Positions 26,800 to 39,907 of a stretch of 64,000 nt of DNA are shown piece by piece. This DNA is from Paragordius varius (lineage: Eukaryota; Animalia; Nematomorpha), in assembly GCA_964247055.1 (NCBI GenBank), contig OZ176050.1, positions 6,510,001-6,574,000 on the forward strand, written 5' to 3'. The notes below the pieces were generated by a model. It was not told the origin of the DNA and ran no database searches. It was given only the letters and a program-made list of their open reading frames with translations. Each line of letters opens with the position of its first letter. The first letter of the stretch is position 1. The translations under genes and the position numbers were made by a program.

Positions 26800-27468
26800 A
26801 ATATTATTAATCATCAGGCCGTTGTTACTCCAGCATTAGTTAGCTTCCATATATTTGAGCGAAACTTGCGATCGAGAGAGTCGTTTTTTTTCAATTGAGT
26901 TTTAGGTCATGGCTGATTGTTTTTTTCCCAATCATGATATGGTCTGCCTCGTCTAAAATTGCCGTTCGGATGAAAGGATATAATTTTGTTAACAACCCTT
27001 TGAGCGTTTAATATGGCCCCAGTATCTGAGACGATTTGCTCTGAAAAAAGAATGGGTGGGATTTGAAACTTATTATTTGTTTTATCACTGTGGTACTGAT
27101 TGGTGATACATGAGGTGAGGATTTTTCTCTTTATTTTACATAATTTATTTTTATTAGTTTGATTTAAGGGCTAACATTCGCTAGCATATGTGAGGGCAGG
27201 GCGAATGACAATCGGGTAGCTTTTGCCCTTGCCTGGGTTTAAAATGTGTTTGGGTTTCATTATATACTTGATTTAATGGAATTTGGCCCAAGCTTGATGC
27301 GTGTTGTTATGTCGCTTTTAATATTGATATTAGCTGCTATTGTGTCACCCAGGTAATTGTACTTGTTTACTATTTCGATGTTTAGAGATGGAAGGTAGGT
27401 AGTTTGCATGGGAGTGTCTGGATTTATACCTGGTTTTGCACAAACTTTACATACAAAAATTTCAATGC
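26800..27468 (-). mobile_element. RTE-like LINE copy 2, 3' portion (end of PHD, C-terminal domain); left boundary approximate
   Basis: Minus-strand remnants IFVCKVC, VNKYNYLGDTI, WAKF and RRGRP. Continues copy 2 across the gypsy insertion. Confidence 0.7.
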
Positions 27469-27473
27469 TTTAT

Positions 27474-27767
27474 TTTTATCTTTTAAGATAAGAGATAATA
27501 AAAGAAATGTGAAATGAACTGAACTATTTATTTTGGTTTTTTAAGGTGTATATATAGCAATTTTAACTGTCCATGATTTGCATTATATCAATAAAATTCC
27601 AAGTAACAAAGGTTATATATTTACATATAACACAAAAAATATAGAAAATAATACAATTCAAATAACGGTGAAAGTTATGATATATAACCAAAGTATGTAT
27701 TTCACATTTGCATATAACACAGAAAAATATTATAAAAATAAAGTATATCTTTCAGATTTGCCTAACA
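27474..27767 (-). repeat. 3' LTR of gypsy element
   Basis: 294 bp, TGTTAGG...GATAAAA on -; matches 31765-32058. Confidence 0.95.
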
Positions 27768-27778
27768 TCACTTCCCCC

Positions 27779-30700
27779 TTAAGAGAACCGGACCGGCGGT
27801 CGCCGAATTCTCTCGGGGTAACGTCGCTCGTGCGGATTTGCATTGATATTGTCATTATTATTATTAATGTTATCATTGCTACTATCATTATTATTATCAT
27901 TTATTTTATCATTATTATTGTTATTACTATTGTTATTATTATCAATACTACTATCATTATTATTATTGTTATTGTCTATATTACTATCATTACTATTGTT
28001 TGGTGCGGTTGAGTTGGCCGGTAGGTCTACGTGTTTCAACTGATCTGCATGCTTTCTGACAATCTTCTGGTTTACCTGATCCCACACACTGTACGAAAGG
28101 AGACCCGTTCTATCAACAACATCGCCGGCTCGCCATCCAACATTTTGTTCGTTTCTCATCATTACGGGTTGGTTTATTGAGAATTCACGGCGTGGACGGG
28201 GTGCGTCTAAGATTGTTGCTTTTGTGTTGATCCAGGTGAGGGGTGTTTGAGATACTCGTTTGAAGAGTAGTTGAAACGGGGTTTCTTTTGTAGTCGCATG
28301 TATTGAATTACGACACGACCATAGAGTGGTATTGAAGGCTTCTTGTGGTGAAATATTATCATTTTTGATTTTTCTATACTTGCCCTTGAGGGTCCCCACT
28401 AACCTTTCTACCATCCCATTACTTTTAGGATGATAGGGGGTTACCCTTACGTGTTTAATACCCAAGTTTGTTAGAGTGGATGTGAAGTACGAATTACTAA
28501 AATAAGAAGCATTATCACTAATAACCGTCCTCGGAAACCCAAACCTGGCAAAGGTTTCCTCGAGTTTATGCAATATGTTTACCGAATTAACCCTTTTTAA
28601 CATGAACCCTTCCGCCCATTTGGATGAGCTATCAATCAGTAACAACCAATAATACCCGTCAACTGGTCCCGCTATATCGATGTGTAACCGTTCCCATATC
28701 GCAGCATTTGGATCCCAATGATAAGTCGGATTTTCAACTAGGCTTGGCTTGTTTATCTGACATGCACTACACTCACTGTATCTTCTTACCAAATCGTTCT
28801 CTAATTTCGGCCAAAAACAAGTAAACCTTGCCATTGCTTTCATTGTTTCTACGTTATTGTGCCCGCTGTGTAAGTAGTTGACCACGTTTGACTGTAAGCT
28901 TTCTGGAATGATAATTCGATCGTTTAAACTGACCAATCCGTATTGGTACGAAATCTCTCCCTTCCGATTCGTAAACCCAGCCAACTCAACATCACTCCAA
29001 TCTTGGTTATGAATCGCCTTAATTACTTTCTGCAAAATTTTATCTTTAACCGTTTCTCTCCGAATTTCATCGCGACTTAACTGAACGTTATGACAATTAA
29101 GAAACCTAAGATATCTAGTTACCATGTAATCTCTATCGATTGTGTCGACATTATCATCACTGGGACATCTTGATAAGTAATCAGCTCTATTTTTGGGACC
29201 CGCCTGATAACTAAGTTCAAAGTCATAATCATTCAAACGGTTCACCCATCTTAAAACTTTCGCATTTTGTATTTCTTTCAAATTTCTATCCCTATTTATT
29301 AACCTAACAAGTGGTAAGTGGTCTGTCAAAATTTCAAACTTTCTACCATAAATGAAGTTGTGGAACTTTTCTAATGCAAAAACAATAGCCTTTAATTCCT
29401 TTTCTATCGTAGAGTAGTTCGATTCTGCGGTACTACATTTTCTTGAACCATAGGCAATGGGTTTCCTTTCACCATTTACCATGACTTAGAATACATCCAA
29501 ACCCTATATCTGAGGCATCGGTTTCAATTACTAACTTTCTATCCGGATTGTATGGTGTTAAAAATACTTGTTCACTTAATAATTCCTTAGCGGCTTTCCA
29601 ACAATTCTCATGTTTTTCCGACCAGTTCCATCTAACGTTCTTACTTGTTAAACTATGTAAGTCACTTACAATCAATTGAAGCTTGGGTATAAATCTTTCA
29701 TGAAACGTCAAAAATCCTAGAAAACTTCTTAAAGATTTTTTTATCCACAGGTTTTTTAAAATCATTGATTGCTTTTACTTTATTCTTGCAAGGACTTATA
29801 CCTTTATTACTTATTTCAAATCCCAGATAACTTACTGAAGGTTCACCAATTTTTATTTTATCTTTTCTTAATCTAAAACCTGCTAATTCTAACCGATTTA
29901 AAACATTATTAAGATTTATTAAATGTTCCTGTTCAGATTTGCCAGTTACTAAAACATCATCTAAATATGCACAAGTGCCGGGACAATCTTTTATAACCTG
30001 GTCCATGACTCGTTGGAAAATTATTGGTGCTGTTGACAGTCCGAAAGGCATCCTTTTGTAGCGAAAAAATCCTTTGTGAGTCGCAATTGTCAAGAGATCT
30101 TGTGATTCTTTGGTTATGGGCATTTGTAGATAGGCATCTTTCAAGTCAATCTTAGTGAAAACTTGGCCTTCGCCAATCTTACTCACTAAATCATCAAACG
30201 TTGGAATGATATGAGAGTCCTCAGTGAGCCACTTGTTGATGGTAACTCTAAAATCGCTGCAAATTCTTACCTCTCCATTCGCTTTGAGCACATTAACGGT
30301 GGGCGTGGCCCATGTCAGAGGTGTAAGGTTGGGATCTATCGGCTCCAGAATGTCTAACTTTTGTAATCTTAGTAATTCATTTTCAACTTTTGCTCTTAGG
30401 GGAAACGGTACTCGGCGGCAAGGCCAAACTTTGGGGGAGGCATTGGGTGCTATATGAATTGTAACTGGCTCAATGTAACAACCTAATTCCTCTTTAAATA
30501 GATTAGGGAAATTTTCAATAATTTTATCAAGTTTAAGAAAGTTAATTCGTACTTTAGGAATGTCGATGTTAAATCTCGTGATCCAATCCAAGCCACAAAT
30601 GAGCGGTGCCTTTGACATTTTTTCTTTCAATACACAACATTCTGCGTTCCCCAAGTTTTGCCCATTGATTTGCACTGTGACTGTTGTTACGCCCAGTAGA

Positions 30701-31698
30701 GGTACTATGCTATTATTGTAGGCTTTTACTGGCGGTATGGGTCTAATATTTGGCTTGCCAACTTGTTTCCAGGTGTCAAAGCTGATAACACTGATGTCAG
30801 CTCCAGTATCATAGATAAACGTTTGTTCTGTGTTGTTTATCATTATTTTTACGGTCCATGGTGAGGTTGGCATTGTTTTTCTATGGATCTGGCGGTTGAA
30901 CAAATTTTTGGCAGTGTTTTTTGATCTACACATTTTTGCGAAGTGATGAGGTTTTCCGCATTTATTGCAATTGCGGTTCCAGGCAGGACATTTGTTTGGT
31001 CCATGGCTATTACCACAACGATTGCACGAATGTGTTAGGGGTTTTGCTGTTGGCTGTCGTGAACGCATGGCCTTGTTATTATTATTGGTGTGTTGTAATC
31101 GATTTAAATTATTACCATTATTATAATTGGTATTATCATTATTGTTATGAAGGCCAGCCCTGGCAGCCTCGTGTGCTAGTGCGAGATCCACTATCGTTTC
31201 TAGAGGCACGGGTTGTCCGTTGATCTCGGCATCGGGATACCTTGAATGTATGTCAATTTCCAATTGTGGTTGCCGTAACCCAATGACGAAGGCATCTCGA
31301 ATCCGTTCCTCTATTGAATCCTTAAATTTTGCCTCTTCGGCTGCGATTTTTACCCGTTCTAGAAATTGGGTAAACGATTCGGTGTTGTTCCGCACAAGTC
31401 GAAAAAACTCAAATCTGCTTTGGAATTTCGACTTTGTGGGATTGAATACCTTTAAACCCGTTGCCATTATCTCGGTCCATTCTGCATCTTTTATCTTTTT
31501 CGGATAGAGTCGTTGGTTGATTTTGCGTACCACCATTAGACCTCCATACGCAAGCAAGGTTGTTTTGAAGGCTTGTTCTGTTACAGGGATATCTTTTGCC
31601 TCCATAACATTTGTCATATACTCAACGTATTCCTCAAACTTAATATTATCATTATATTTTTCGATGCATAGGTTAGCGAGATTGATTGGCGTTGTCAT
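27779..31698 (-). CDS. Gypsy gag-pol polyprotein split by two frameshifts (ORFs 29698-31698, 29469-29765, 27779-29482)
   Basis: Two CCHC knuckles, protease YDTGAD, RT MPFGL and YLDD, RNase H ETDASDIG and ELKAIVFAL, integrase HHCC and D,D35E region (HIDIAGP, SDNA, NGMVERLV), C-terminal RRYPERIRRPP. Confidence 0.93.
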
Positions 31699-31764
31699 GT
31701 TCGATTGGGTATCAGTAAGACCTCCACTAGCACTAGCTTAGTTCGGTACTCGAATTGCCACCAA

Positions 31765-32058
31765 TTTTATCTTTTAAGATAAGAGATAATAAAAGAAATG
31801 TGAAATGAACTGAACTATTTATTTTGGTTTTTTAAGGTGTATATATAGCAATTTTAACTGTCCATGATTTGCATTATATCAATAAAATTCCAAGTAACAA
31901 AGGTTATATATTTACATATAACACAAAAAATATAGAAAATAATACAATTCAAATAACGGTGAAAGTTATGATATATAACCAAAGTATGTATTTCACATTT
32001 GCATATAACACAGAAAAATATTATAAAAATAAAGTATATCTTTCAGATTTGCCTAACA
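31765..32058 (-). repeat. 5' LTR of gypsy element
   Basis: 294 bp, followed on - by a PBS-like sequence at about 31747-31763. Confidence 0.95.
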
Positions 32059-32063
32059 TTTAT

Positions 32064-34500
32064 AAACTTCCTTTAATTTGTACACTAGTGACAAATGGAG
32101 CAAGGAAATTTATTAAAAGTACAGGTGAACCTATCCTTTGTTTTATCTGTGAATTTGAGGTAAAAAATTTTTAACGTTTATTTCCAGAGATTACATTTAT
32201 TGATGATGGCTGTTAGCATTATGTCGACAGCGTACAACATTTCGAAAGATAAACCTGTTTTTATATTATCAGTTATTACATCCATAAGGATGATAAATAG
32301 TAATGGGCTGAGTATGGAGCCCTGGTGTAGCCCGACCTGGGAATTGATTGGTGTTTCCCACGGGAGTTCTCACGCAACTAGTGTCCTCATATAGTAAATT
32401 TATTATTTTTATTATCCATTCCGGAATTTCTTTTTTTTTCGTATTGCAAATGTGATTATGGACCGCGGGATGCAGTCGAATGCACGGCTTAAATCAATAA
32501 AAATGTAATATAAGGTTTATTTTTGCATCTGTAGGTCTCTAACCTTTTAAGAATGAATATGCCGTCAGAGGTGCTGACACCCTGTTGAAATCCGAATATC
32601 CATCGAGCAAAGCTGACGCATTTTCTTTCTATTATAATTTCAAATAATTTTATTGCATGCTCAAGTAATTTTAATGGTCTGTAGGAGGCGCAGTTAAGCA
32701 AGTCGCCTTTGTTTCTCTCTATTGGAATTATGATACTGTTCCAGTCATTTGGGATTTTTTCCTCCATAATATGATTAAATAAATAGCTCTGTGAAATAGG
32801 AAATTGCTTCAGGAATATTTTGCAGAATTAAGTTTTGATTTCCGTGGGACCAGCTGCTTTATTAATTTAACATTTTTGCATGACTAAGCTCACATCTGCG
32901 GTAATGATTGGGGGTAGCCTAATAACTGGAGGAAGTTGGTATCTCGACGTTTGAATGCTGGAAATATAGCATATTTTTTATGTATTTTGTCCATTTATTT
33001 TGGGTGCTAAGAGTGTCAGTAACTGTGTTATTTTTATCTTTTATGGCTTTTACTAACCGAATAATCTTTTTGTTACTCTTGATATCTTTTTGTGTTTAAT
33101 TTATCTTTTTAATTTCTCCTTCAAGTTTTTTAGCCATTTCCAAGCATCTTTCATTCATTTTGTCAGCTAAAATATTCTTTATTCTTTTTTAACCATTATG
33201 TAAATGTTTGTCATCATTGTGTTTAGAAGCTTTCCATTTTTAAGGGCATCTCTTTTCTCATTCAATTAGGGTTTCATATCGCTTTGCCACCAGGATTGGG
33301 ATTTTGTTTTTGCACGTTTTTCTTCCGCAGATAAACCTTTGTGAGAAGAGTGTTTTTTAGATACTCCCAGCCGTCATGGTTGTTAGGGGAATATGTTTTA
33401 GTTCAGATGTAATTTGGTTAATGTATAGATGCTTTATTATAGGATAACTAAGTTAAGCAACGTTAAGTTGAGGCAATTTTTAGGGCTAGGTCGGTTCTTA
33501 TTTATTGTTAAAAAAGCAACTGCTAGTTTATGGGTTTTGATGTAAGCTATAAGTTTTATGAATTGTTTATTTAATAACACAAAATCTATTTGAGGAGTGT
33601 GCTTGCCACTTTATTTATGTATTAGACTGGGTTTTTTTGTAAAATGTGCTTTGCCAATCAATAGGTCTACAGCACCGCAGAATTTTAAAGCGTTTCACCC
33701 TCTTTGTTGCGGGAACCAATACCTACTTGTAAAGTTGATTTATTCACGTATAGCAATATGGTATATTAAAATAGAGTTGAGCGATAAAAAGAAAACCTAA
33801 ATAAAAAAGTGAGTGGCTATTATATCACAAGTTCTTTTTATGTGTGCATGCCTTATTTGCGTAGACGTTACACAATGGTTATTCTCAACAACAGAAAAGC
33901 TTTAACACGAAATATATATATAATATTCAAATACAAAATAACTGATGCAACATGAATTGAGTGTGTTAACAAAATAGAATATTATAACCTTACACTACTC
34001 CATTGTGTGTACCTTCAAAACCATCGGCGTGTATTCCACTGTGTCCATTGAAATCCCCGCCGATCAAAAGTATGTCATTTGTGGGAACATTTTGTCCAAT
34101 CTGATGAAGCTGATTACAGAATTCCAGTTTGCTAGTTTCATTTTGACCCTGTTAAGGGGTATAGATGGATAGTATGTTAAGGGTTGTATTAATGAGAGCC
34201 ACTCGCATTTGAAATCTCTTGTTGTGACGTGTTGTGTCAATAATATTTTTTTATCTGATAGTTTATGGCTATGGCTACTCCTGATTTCCCTGTTTTTCCT
34301 CCTTCATAATAAAGTGTAAAACCTTCACGTCCGTTTTTAAAACGTGTGTCTTGTAAACAACATATCAAGTTTACGTTCTTTATCGCATTTATTATCATCC
34401 AAGCTTTTCCAAGAAGGGTACCGTCATTCCATGTGCCAAATTTTAAGTTATTATTTTCATTATTAAATGATTTTTTCTCCGGTAACAACATTTCTCGTTT
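32064..34500 (-). mobile_element. RTE-like LINE copy 2, 5' portion (endonuclease, RT, start of PHD), heavily decayed, with an insertion of about 270 bp in the endonuclease
   Basis: KFGTWNDG, ICCLQDTR, GGDFNGH, QIDFVL, YRPLKLLEH, LHQGSALSPLLF and FPCSIC in mixed frames. Confidence 0.85.
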
Positions 34501-34963
34501 TCAGAGATCTATTATTTATAAATATAGTTATTATGAATAGTGTGCAGTATAAAAATAAATGAATGAAGTTTCAAAAAAGTATTTATTGAATATTATTTCA
34601 CTGTTAAACATGACATGGTAAAGTAATGAGGCTTGATTTTTATAGACTATATGCCCTTATAGCCAAACTCTTAACCCAGAGGAGAGAGTACCTTAGCTGT
34701 AGAGCGTGTCTAAAAAGACTTCGAATCTCTCAATCCTTTTGTAGATTAGAGTCTACAGCCGAGGAAGGTGCCTTTCCGGGTTTTGGAAGCTCCCAATCCA
34801 TCTTTGGTTTTGATAACTTATATAATCGTTATTATCATCTGGCTGCTGGTTATAGCGCCCAGAACTCACTTGAAAACCATGTGTGTGGATAGAGGCATTG
34901 TGATATTTCGTAAGGAAATGAGACAGCCAAACTCATTACCGCTACGGCCCACACACTAGTTTT

Positions 34964-35107
34964 CCTCCTTATGAATTGATGTTCATTGTTTGTATGTTCT
35001 TCACAAACAGGGTCGCTTCCGTTAGACCCAGGATGCCCCGCGAGGAGGTGGGAGTCAGTCGTAAATTTTTGATGTGGCCTCCGAAAGTTTTGACTTTGTA
35101 AACCCAT
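34964..35107 (-). ncRNA. Candidate degenerate HDV-like self-cleaving ribozyme in the presumed 5' UTR of LINE copy 2
   Basis: Minus-strand core CUCCC-ACC-UCCUCGC-GGG-GCAUCCU-GG-GU parallels antigenomic HDV CUCC-ACC-UCCUCGC-GGU-CCGACCU-GG-GC. Downstream C-AUAA-GGAG can close P2. P1 and P3 are imperfect. Confidence 0.5.
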
Positions 35108-35452
35108 CTAAAATAGACAAGTTTTCTTAGGCTAATTCTAATCCCGTAATAGCGCGAAATTTTTTTAACTGAATGCTAAATTATGACATCAAAATAAATA
35201 TTCGAAAAAATATATGTTATGCTTAAAACTTTAGTTTATATAAAATTTTGGCGAAACAAGTTTTATGGTTTAAAGCAGGGGTGCCCAACACAAATGGAGC
35301 CACCTTTCCTCAAAATTCCAAAGAGCCACTTTTTATTTATATATATCAAGACATTGGTTACAAATACATTTATTATATTAACATATAGATGTACTAATTT
35401 TCATATCAAAAAGAAAATAAACAATATAAATATAATAATGCTTTGCTAATTA

Positions 35453-37670
35453 CAGTATGCATTTTAATGTATGTTAAGTAATTTTATTGTCTGCCAAATA
35501 ACATAAATGGTTTATCAAATGCGTAAAATACTGACCCACGAAATTATTTCGTAGTACACATATGAAAGAGGATTGACGTGAGAATTAACATAGGCTTTAC
35601 TTTGATGGATATTTTGTAATGTTAAATTTTGAGAATATTATAGCAATTTATGTTAACAGTAATATTGTTGTTACGTATTTAGATGCGGAATTTTATGGGT
35701 TTTTATCTTTGATAAATTAATAAATAGTAGAATACGTAAGATTTTTTATGTTCCCTTAATAATATATATTTTTCAACATGCTAAATACCTGTATTAATTA
35801 ATATTGGTATAATTTTATTTAGTTGTTATTACTAATAAAAAAAACAGGTAAATATATATTTGTGAAAATTTAAGTAGATTTTAGATTTTGGTCTTTTATG
35901 TTTTGCATTGTTAATTATTAATAATTTTTAAGTATTTCAGACATTTTAATCAGGTAAAAATTGCGGTTTTTAACAAATTTAGTAAAAATTTAGTTTTATT
36001 TTTGTTTTTTTAGGTTTTGCATTGGTTAATTGTAATTAACTACTACTTATTTTGGACATTTTAAAATTTACATTTAACAATTGCGGTTTTTAACAAATTT
36101 AGTAAAAATTGAATTTTTTTTTGTTTTTTTTTAGGTTTTTCATTGTTAAATGTAATTAATTACGACATATTTTGGAAATTTTAATAATTACAGGTCAAAA
36201 TTGCGGTTTTTAACAAATTTAGTAAAAATTTAATTAAAATGTTCAAAATAAGTAGTAGTTAATTACAATTAACAATGCAAAACCGAAAAAAAAAAACTAA
36301 ATTTTTACTGAATTTGTTGAAAACCGCAATTTTTACCTGTATTTATTATAATGTCCAATATATGTATTAATTAATTACATTTAACAATGAAAAACCTAAA
36401 AAACAAAAAAAAAACTAAATTTTTACTAAATTTGTTAAAAACCGCAATTTTTACCTGTAATTATTAAAATGTCCAAAATATGTAGTAGTTAATTACAATT
36501 AACAATGCAAAACCGAAAAAAACAAAAAAAACTAAATTTTTACTGAATTTGTCAAAAACCGCTATTTTTACCTGTAATTATTAAAATGTCCAAAATATGT
36601 TGTAGTTAATTACAATTGACCAATGCAAACCTAAAAAAACAAAAAAAACTAAATTTTTACTAAATTTGTTAAAAACCGCAATTTTTACCTGTAATTATTA
36701 AAATGTCCAAAATATGTAGTAGTTAATTACAATTAACAATGCAAAACCTACAAAAACAAAAAAAACTAAATTTTTACTAAATTTGTTAAAAACCGCAATT
36801 TTTACCTGTAATTATTAAAATGTCCAAAATATGTTGTAGTTAATTACAATTAACCAATGCAAAACCTAAAAAAACAAAAAAAACTAAATTTTTACTGAAT
36901 TTGTCAAAAACCGCTATTTTTACCTGTAATTATTAAAATGTCCAAAATATGTTGTAGTTAATTACAATTAACCAATGCAAAACCTAAAAAAACAAAAAAA
37001 AACTAAATTTTTACTAAATTTGTTAAAAACCGCAATTTTTACCTGTAATTATTAAAATGTCCAAAATATGTTGTAGTTAATTACAATTAACCAATGCAAA
37101 ACCTAAAAAAACAAAAAAAAACTAAATTTTTACTAAATTTGTTAAAAACCGCAATTTTTACCTGATTAAAATGTCTGAAATACTTAAAAATTATTAATAA
37201 TTAACAATGCAAAACATAAAAGACCAAAATCTAAAATCTACTTAAATTTTCACAATATATATTTACTGTTTTTTTTATTAGTAATAACAACTAAATAAAA
37301 TTATACCAATATTAATTAATACAGGTATTTAGCATGTTGAAAAATATATATTATTAAATTTAGGGAACATAAAAAATCTTAAAATATGTATTCTACTATT
37401 TATTTTATCAAAGATAAAAACCCATAAAATTCCGCATCTAAATACGTAACAACAATATTACAAATGTTAACATAAATCGCTATAATATTCTCAAAACTTA
37501 ACATTACAAAATATCCATCAAATTAAAGCCTATGTTAATTCTCACGTCAATCCTCTTTCATATGTGTACTACGAAATAATTTCGTGGGTTAGTATTTTAC
37601 GCATTTGATAAACCATTTATGTTATTTGGCAGACAATAAAATTACTTAACATACATTAAAATGCATACTG
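35453..37670. mobile_element. Foldback-like 2.2-kb palindromic element (TA TSD, CAGTATGC termini) with about 118-bp tandem subrepeats, nested in the hAT
   Basis: TA|CAGTATGCATTTTAATG ... CATTAAAATGCATACTG|TA. The arms are reverse complements meeting near 36230; about 3 subrepeats on the left and about 8 on the right. Confidence 0.88.
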
Positions 37671-38232
37671 TAAATTATATCAATGTGTAAAAAAAAGATA
37701 AAAATACATGGATATGGTAAACTTATTGCAATTCGATAGTATGACTAGAGTAGACTGTGGCGAATTTAATCGCCAAAATGTAACCTTATTTATTCAGACA
37801 GCGAGTTTATCATGAGGTGTGTACATGAAATTATAAAATGTGTTTTAAGTATTTCGCGCGCTAATAGATCACGATGAATCAAGCAATGGACCTGACTTAA
37901 AAGTACATAAAAGCACATATATTAACATTCTCAATTGATAGTCCCTACAAAAGAAATGTTACCTTCTTAAAGGGAGATGATAATCATGCAATTTAAAATG
38001 TATTGGGTTAAATATGAGCGAGTCTTGTTTGATAGCGATTGGTGCCCATCCACGATGGGAAAAAACAAGGGTAAGATGGAAACCGATGCCATAAATATGA
38101 TTAAATATATATAATGCATTGACACCGTAAAAATCTCTGTGCACATGATTGTTGTCGAGGAAAATGTTTAATAAAGTTTTTTTATCTAATAAAAATAAAA
38201 AAATAAATATTTTTCATTGCATAATTAAATTT

Positions 38233-39907
38233 TTAATGGGATATTTGTTTTGTAATTTTTTTGCTTAATTTATTCAGATCTATATCAATATTTGATACAG
38301 CACATCTCAATTCCTTCTCCAAGTTTTCATCAGTTAATAAAGAACGCGAAAGAGATTTTGTGTATTTCATTTTAGAAAAAAAACTTTCACAAAGATAAGT
38401 GTACCCAAAAGCACAAATTAATCTTTCTGCAAAAATCCTTAAATTAGGAAATTTATCAAACTTTATATATTTTTTATAAAATTCAATTTTATTTGTTTGC
38501 CCAAATAATAATTTTAATTCATTATTGGATTGCAAATCTAGTAATTCCATTTGTCAATTAATAGGAGCGTTGATAGCTTCAACGTAGAATGGACAACAAA
38601 ATAAATCAAATATTTTTTCATATTTTGTCATATCCCTGTATCGATTATTAAAAGCTTTTGATAATATGTTAATTTCATCTGCATATTTTAAAAAATCGTT
38701 AGTTTACCAGCTTTAAATCTATTCCTGGAATAGTCAATTTATGGTTATTCGCATCAACAATTAAATTATCTTGCTTTTGCAAGGATTTATTTAATTGAAT
38801 TAGTTATTCGGTAATATCTACGGAAAAGCATATGTCTGACAACCAATCTTCATTGGTTAATTTCTCTACCAAATAATTATTCTGCAATAGAAAAATATTT
38901 ATTTCTTTTAATAATAAAACCTTTTTAGGCATTTCCCTCGACTAAGCCATCTTACATTTGAAAAAAATATAAAATCTCAATATTAATAAATTTCTTCTAA
39001 TAACTCCTTAAACTAAAGCATGAGATTTAAAATTAAACATTCATAACATTGTCCATTGTCAGAGCATGTGCGCAGAGATTTTCACGGTGAATCATGCAAT
39101 GCATTATATATATATGGTCAATATTAATACCATCGGATTCCATCTTATTTAACAATAATTTTACGGTTTCCTTGTTCCCATCATAGCTGGGGCACCATCT
39201 GTTGTTAACAAGATAGCGCCCTCATATTTAATTTATTGTCCTCAATACATTTTAAAATTGCATGAAACATATCATTTCCCTTAGTTGTATTTTTCATCGG
39301 AAGTAAACCTAACATATCTTTTGTTATATTAAAAAATTCATCTATCCCTCGAATAAAAACTACCAATTGTGATATGTTGCTTATATCTGTGCTTTCATCA
39401 AATGACAAGGAAAACGCCGCAAAATTTTGAATTCTTTCTTTTAGGGAAAGTTGAATTTCTTCTGCGATGTATGTAATTCGTCGACACATAGTATTGCGCA
39501 AAAGACTTATACTGGATATTCAACTTTATTAGGCAAAACACTTTTATAATTTCCACTAGGCATTCGTTTACAAACTCACCATCAGAATAAGGCTTAATTT
39601 TTTTGGCGAGTAAATTGGCAAAAATATAACTTGCCTTTACTATCGGATAAGGTTGCGAGAATGAAATTGTTGGTTGGAGATTACTAATATTTTTTAAAGA
39701 TTCTAATTTTATTATTTTCATTGCTGTAGTCATATTAATAAAATCCAAATGCATGGTATTGGCATGTCTTTTTAAATTATATTCGCGAAACCCGTTTGTC
39801 GTAAATTTGCAAATAAGGCACTCCGCTTTGTTGAAAATTTGAGTAAAATCATATTTTAATTCCCAGTTGGGATTGTATTTTCTAGTTACTTTTTTAGATT
39901 TATGCAT
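38233..39907 (-). pseudogene. Decayed hAT transposase (GTF2IRD2/SPIN-like)
   Basis: BED finger CLIC...NLKRH...H, FSLSFDESTDISNISQL and hATC YLCESFFSKMK, spread over broken ORFs with stops and frameshifts. Confidence 0.88.

Larger units (their letters stand above)
27474..32058 (-). mobile_element. Ty3/gypsy LTR retrotransposon (Mag-like single gag-pol layout), 4585 bp, recent insertion
   Basis: Two 294-bp LTRs identical by eye, TSD TTTAT (27469-27473, 32059-32063), PBS-like TGGTGGCAATTCGAG after the 5' LTR, PPT AAGGGGGAAGTGA before the 3' LTR, domain order gag-PR-RT-RH-IN. Confidence 0.97.

Noticed and set aside
27578-28043. Plus-strand ORFs of 144 aa and 66 aa with Ile/Leu-rich membrane-like tails, and the twin ORF at 31869-32174
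   Set aside because: They are LTR sequence plus the antisense of the Asn microsatellite in integrase; there is no independent gene evidence.
29700-29765. Programmed -1 ribosomal frameshift in gypsy pol
   Set aside because: The required shift is +1, and it lies within RT rather than at the gag-pol junction; mutation or sequencing error is more likely.
35940-37160. Regular repeat arrays (118 bp here, 21 bp in MITEs, 88 bp in the hAT) as possible CRISPR arrays
   Set aside because: There are no unique spacers or cas genes, the context is eukaryotic, and the arrays are internal to transposons.
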